IMG/VR virus record: IMGVR_UViG_3300005573_000154
Location: 1 to 41,236 of that record
Strand: one strand, 5' to 3'
DNA length: 41,236 nt
Shown: positions 37,544 through 41,236 of the stretch, in pieces
How positions within the stretch are numbered: the stretch's first letter is position 1
Layout of the letters: the number at the start of each line of letters is the position of its first letter
Notes under the pieces: model-generated
What the model saw: only the letters and a program-made list of their open reading frames with translations
Databases searched by the model: none
Told to the model about the DNA's origin: nothing
Position numbers and translations under genes: made by a program

Positions 37544-38171
37544 GATCAGGCTTCCAAATACAAAGATCCTTGAGGTAATCAAGGCTCGGCAACCTCAAGA
37601 CACGCCTAACATACGACACCTCAGGCGGCTTTGCGCCAACCATAACCCCGGGCTGATCATGGTCACGGACATACACGGAATCCCTAGCCTCAACAACCAC
37701 AATATTATACACCCTCCTAGCCATAGCCGGAGCATAACCCCTCTCAACACGTGCATCAGACACCCCAACACCATCCCTAACCTCAATCACAATATTCTTC
37801 AACCCCTCCCTATACACCCTAGCGCCAAGAACATCACACCCCCTATCAACCATCCTAACCCGGTCACGGGCCTCAACAGTCCAGCCATAAGCAACATAGC
37901 CATCCTCAACAAGCCTATTAATTAGATACCCCAAGAAATTCTTAATAAAAGCAGACGGCCTAAAATCAGTAAAACGATCCTTAACAGGCATCCAAGACTC
38001 CTTCGAAACCCTCCAAAGCCTCTCACGATAAACCCTCTCAGCCAAAACCTGCAAATCCAGCGGAGCGCCATCAAGATAAAAAACCCTCAAACACTCAAGA
38101 ATCCTCCTAGCCTTCAACTCAGCCCATTGTTCATACGACAAGCCATACCTATCAGTATAACTAACCCCCAT
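37533..38171 (-). CDS. Hypothetical protein with short repeats
   Basis: GAGGT RBS; three VEARD.V-like repeats; G/T-rich codons as in other minus-strand right-arm genes. Confidence 0.65.
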   Translation of the reverse strand: MGVSYTDRYGLSYEQWAELKARRILECLRVFYLDGAPLDLQVLAERVYRERLWRVSKESWMPVKDRFTDFRPSAFIKNFLGYLINRLVEDGYVAYGWTVEARDRVRMVDRGCDVLGARVYREGLKNIVIEVRDGVGVSDARVERGYAPAMARRVYNIVVVEARDSVYVRDHDQPGVMVGAKPPEVSYVRRVLRLPSLDYLKDLCIWKPDPTV

Positions 38172-38272
38172 AACCTCAAAAACACACGTGTAATCAACAA
38201 CATCAAGCTTTTCCAGCCGCTTAAAAAAAGCTTATAAACATGTGCGGCCACGAAACCCTAGAGGGGATCGTA

Positions 38273-39031
38273 ATGCCCGGAAAAAGAAGGCGAACACTCA
38301 CTAGAAGCCCAGCCCTAAGGCTGGAAATGTGGGATAAGAAGATGAGGGGAGACGTGTATGGAACCATACTCGAAAGCGTCAAGCCCCTAGCACTCCAGAA
38401 GGTCGGAAGCTACCAAGCGATACACGAACACCTCATAGACATCGTAAAAGACGCAGTATCAAGATCATACTCGCAATCAGATCAGGAGAAATCCATGATA
38501 CATGAATACATGTGGTTCGGATCAAAGCTATGGAGGTTATCACAGACCTACGACGGCCAGGCGCTACAAAACGAGGCAGACGCACTATTCATGTGGTATG
38601 TAACCCGGGGAAGAGACCCATATATACTAAGGACAATAGCCCAGGCGCTAAACGTTAAAATATCGCCCACAGATGAGATAGTCCAGAGGATCTTGGCCAG
38701 GCCATACGTCTCAGTCGTAGCAGAGGGCCGAGTCACAATGGATGGAACCGAGAAGGTCTTGGCAGAATACACGGGCCCAACCTCATTCATAACAGGATAC
38801 ATAGACCTATCGCCGATGGTGGACGGCGATACTGTAACAATATCAGAATACGTCAAGATAAGGTATGACGGAGAATACAGGCTCATCTTCTCAGAAACAT
38901 TAGGAAATAAGCAACCAGAACCAGCAACGTATATACTCCCAAGGCTAACCGGATACGCAATCAAAATAACAATGAAGCAGACAACGGGAACATACAAGAC
39001 ATTCGAATACATGATCGTGAAGGTGATCTAA
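38273..39031 (+). CDS. MCP-like N-terminal domain fused to a beta-sandwich domain
   Basis: RSPALRLEMWDKKM...YGTILESVKPLA...EYMWFGSKLWRL...ALFMWYVTRGRDPYILRTIA follows the SIRV2 MCP pattern; C-terminal domain similar to 34784. Confidence 0.75.
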   Translation: MPGKRRRTLTRSPALRLEMWDKKMRGDVYGTILESVKPLALQKVGSYQAIHEHLIDIVKDAVSRSYSQSDQEKSMIHEYMWFGSKLWRLSQTYDGQALQNEADALFMWYVTRGRDPYILRTIAQALNVKISPTDEIVQRILARPYVSVVAEGRVTMDGTEKVLAEYTGPTSFITGYIDLSPMVDGDTVTISEYVKIRYDGEYRLIFSETLGNKQPEPATYILPRLTGYAIKITMKQTTGTYKTFEYMIVKVI

Positions 39032-39032
39032 C

Positions 39033-39446
39033 ATGTCCCCAGATATACCACTCCCAAGAGTATATGAATTCGTGATCCCAAGCATAGCCCTCCCAGTAGA
39101 TCAACAATACCGCAGAAAGGAGAACCTCGGGACATTATACTCCGGAACGGTTACGGCGAGCGGTAGCTCATCTGATATAAGCGTGGACAACTTCTCGGCG
39201 GCTGAGCTGGAGCTGAAGGTTACATCGGTCTCTGGCACGAGCCCGACGATGGATATCTATATTGAGGGCAAGTTCGAGGCGACTGGAGACTACAAGACGC
39301 TTGCATCGCAGACGGGCATAACGGCTACGGGGACATGGTTCTTCACACTGAACCCATTGATCTTCAGATATATCAGGATAAGATGGGTCGTGGGCGGAAC
39401 GTCGCCCTCGTTCACATTCACGGTCGCAGGCCAGGCAATCGTCTAA
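39033..39446 (+). CDS. Beta-sandwich structural protein
   Basis: S/T/G-rich beta strands; RYIRIRW. Confidence 0.75.
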   Translation: MSPDIPLPRVYEFVIPSIALPVDQQYRRKENLGTLYSGTVTASGSSSDISVDNFSAAELELKVTSVSGTSPTMDIYIEGKFEATGDYKTLASQTGITATGTWFFTLNPLIFRYIRIRWVVGGTSPSFTFTVAGQAIV

Positions 39447-39462
39447 AATGGAGGCGGCATAG

Positions 39463-40275
39463 ATGCCATTGGCGCCCAGCAGGCTGGTTACATGGCCGAG
39501 CAGATACGCCGTTTACTTCGACGGGATAGATGACTACGTGGTGATTACGCCGTTCACGGTCTACGGCTGGAGCGGGATAACGATTCAGGAGTGGATATAC
39601 CTGTTCCACCCGAAGGCCAACAGTAGTTTCTCGCAATTCTCAATGATAGGGGACACGTGGACAGATTTTCCATCTATGCGCTTAGTTACAGACAATAGGT
39701 TTGATTACACTTCTCTCGATGCTAGATTCGACACGAGAACAAGCGGTGGAGCTAAGAGAGTTTATAGTTTCAGTTTTTATGCTTATAGAAACATATGGGT
39801 TAATATTGCAAGGCGATTCTATCTCTCGGATAGAGTCTTTGCATTCTTTATAAATGCTGGTAAAGTAGGCTCGGCAACCATCCCATTAGACGAGAAGACT
39901 ATCTTAGAATGGAACCCGGACACGGCGACATATCCTATATATTATAAGCGTTTCGTCCTAGGAGCAAACACTATGTTGAATGAATGGATGAAGCTGATGC
40001 AGTTCCAGCTACTGATATACAGCAGGGCGTTAAGCGACAGCGAGATAGCGTGGAACTATAATAACCCGTTCAACCCCGTCAGGGACGGCCTCAGAGTATG
40101 CTTGATAGCCGACCCGCAATACATTAAGGACATAGACGGTGACGGCAGACTGGAGTGGATAGACCTCAGCGGCTACAATAATCACGGGAAGATTTACGGC
40201 GCAAAATTAGTTGACCTATACAAGAGTCCCGTGAGAGCTCTTTCATCCGTCAGAACAATGCTGGTTGCGAGGTGA
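39463..40275 (+). CDS. LamG/concanavalin A-like lectin domain protein (candidate receptor binding)
   Basis: FDGIDDYV, ITIQEWI, IYSRALSDSEI and DLSGYNNHGKIYGA motifs. Confidence 0.85.
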   Translation: MPLAPSRLVTWPSRYAVYFDGIDDYVVITPFTVYGWSGITIQEWIYLFHPKANSSFSQFSMIGDTWTDFPSMRLVTDNRFDYTSLDARFDTRTSGGAKRVYSFSFYAYRNIWVNIARRFYLSDRVFAFFINAGKVGSATIPLDEKTILEWNPDTATYPIYYKRFVLGANTMLNEWMKLMQFQLLIYSRALSDSEIAWNYNNPFNPVRDGLRVCLIADPQYIKDIDGDGRLEWIDLSGYNNHGKIYGAKLVDLYKSPVRALSSVRTMLVAR

Positions 40276-40278
40276 TGG

Positions 40279-40473
40279 ATGAGTATGGATGGGGTAGGTT
40301 TGATTCGTGGCTTTGATGGCATAGATGACTACGTGAAGGTTCCGCCTAGCCCGTTATGCCCAAGATGCGGGAAGCATATGGAGTTTATTAAGAGTGAAGG
40401 CGTTTATGTCTGTGAGCAGTGTGGCTTGAGAGTATCTGAGTGGGTATATGTCGAGTGGAAGAGGTGGTTCTAG
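40279..40473 (+). CDS. Small Zn-ribbon protein beginning with a LamG N-terminal fragment
   Basis: FDGIDDYV, then CPRC...CEQC. Confidence 0.6.
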   Translation: MSMDGVGLIRGFDGIDDYVKVPPSPLCPRCGKHMEFIKSEGVYVCEQCGLRVSEWVYVEWKRWF

Positions 40474-40475
40474 GC

Positions 40476-40613
40476 ATGGTGAAGCTCAGGAGCAAGAGGA
40501 AGCCGAAAAAGCTCGATGTCTGGGTCACGGAGATAAGCGTCAAGGATAAAAATGTTAGGAAGAGCCTGCATGATTTGATCAGGCTGGTGAGAAAATATGA
40601 GGATCTATCTTGA
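40476..40613 (+). CDS. Small basic protein (45 aa, not in ORF track)
   Basis: GAGGTGG RBS. Translates to MVKLRSKRKPKKLDVWVTEISVKDKNVRKSLHDLIRLVRKYEDLS. Confidence 0.55.
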   Translation: MVKLRSKRKPKKLDVWVTEISVKDKNVRKSLHDLIRLVRKYEDLS

Positions 40614-40821
40614 GCTAATGGAGATCCTAGAGGAGATAGCAACTGAGGAGCCGGACTTCATTAGAGTGGATGTCACGGAGTGGAGCCCGAAAGACGTGGA
40701 TGTGGCTATCAATTTGCTGTTGGATCAGGCTCAAGCCTACAAGCATTTCACGCTCCAAAAACATTACTGTGGCCACGAGGAAGGCGAACCATGCCATGCA
40801 GAGACCATCATACAGAAATAG
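40597..40821 (+). CDS. Small hypothetical protein
   Basis: GGTGA RBS; HYCGH...C motif; last gene before the right ITR. Confidence 0.7.
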   Translation: MRIYLELMEILEEIATEEPDFIRVDVTEWSPKDVDVAINLLLDQAQAYKHFTLQKHYCGHEEGEPCHAETIIQK

Positions 40822-40844
40822 CCGCCTAATGGCCCTGGCCAGTT

Positions 40845-41236
40845 CTATCTTCTTTATTTTTTTAAGCCCTCTTATTGTTTTATCCTAATGCTTTAATCCC
40901 CCTATTCCTAACGCTTTTCCCTATCCTCTCTTTGCTTTATGGCCTTAGCCTGAACCCTATTCTCAACCCCATTATCAGCCCAATAGCCCCATTCTCTAAT
41001 TGTTTCCTCATCTTGTTCACCAACTACAAGCACAATCACATACACACGCATACACTTATCACACTAAGCCCAAATAAGCCTACACATGTAGGCATCACCA
41101 TAAACCCTATACCCCCCCAAAGCATACACACAAGCACAACAAAACACACCATACGCACACATCACACAAAACACAAAAAACCCGCAAAAACAAGCCCAAT
41201 AGCCAAAAAAAGCCCACACAAAGGCTTACACGTGTA
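40845..41236 (-). repeat. Right inverted terminal repeat (392 bp)
   Basis: Reverse complement of 1-392; ends in AAGGCTTACACGTGTA. Confidence 0.97.

Larger units (their letters stand above)
1..41236. mobile_element. Complete linear dsDNA genome of an archaeal filamentous/rod-shaped virus (Adnaviria, rudivirus-like)
   Basis: 392-bp ITRs at both window ends; SIRV2-like MCP (23490-23867) next to a glycosyltransferase; Hjc resolvase; archaeal promoter, RBS and terminator signals; no cellular housekeeping genes. Confidence 0.92.

Noticed and set aside
36991-37578. 195-aa alternative-frame ORF
   Set aside because: It overlaps the 37055-37543 gene, which is supported by its paralog. Its composition reflects the A/C skew.
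1-41236. Genome-wide 12-bp phasing of the TACACGTGTA motif
   Set aside because: Copies at 3081, 6081, 7401 and 33741 share a phase, but others (1, 15736, 19567, 20282, 27030) do not. Phasing is claimed only for the CTTTAA-N3-TTAAAG sites.
1-41236. DNA polymerase, helicase/ATPase, HUH Rep, integrase, tRNA or rRNA genes
   Set aside because: No diagnostic motifs were recognised in any ORF or intergenic region.

Overview
The window appears to be a complete linear genome of an archaeal filamentous/rod-shaped virus (Adnaviria, rudivirus-like). Support: perfect 392-bp inverted terminal repeats ending in the palindrome TACACGTGTA, a SIRV2-type major capsid protein next to a GT4 glycosyltransferase, a Holliday junction resolvase, a SAM methyltransferase, several RHH/wHTH regulators, archaeal TATA promoters, GGTGA/GAGGTG ribosome-binding sites and oligo-T terminators. 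The left arm holds small accessory genes, including an amidoligase-GNAT plus glutamine amidotransferase pair, a candidate ring nuclease and a split serine protease. The right arm holds structural and terminal-fibre genes. The main finding is an IS110/Nop-domain (Tas-like) gene at 16442-17326 followed by a 960-bp dual-repeat array: 57 alternating 8-nt repeats (AGCGAGCT / AGTGAGCT) and 56 distinct 9-nt spacers, giving 28 units of 34 nt. This is a TIGR-Tas-type RNA-guided system with a compact unit, an apparently nuclease-less effector and a candidate promoter of its own. A second finding is 19 copies of a CTTTAA-N3-TTAAAG palindrome across 5.9 kb, all in the same 12-bp register, matching the 12-bp capsid-dimer footprint known for this virus group. 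All homology calls are from motif recognition by eye; no searches were run.
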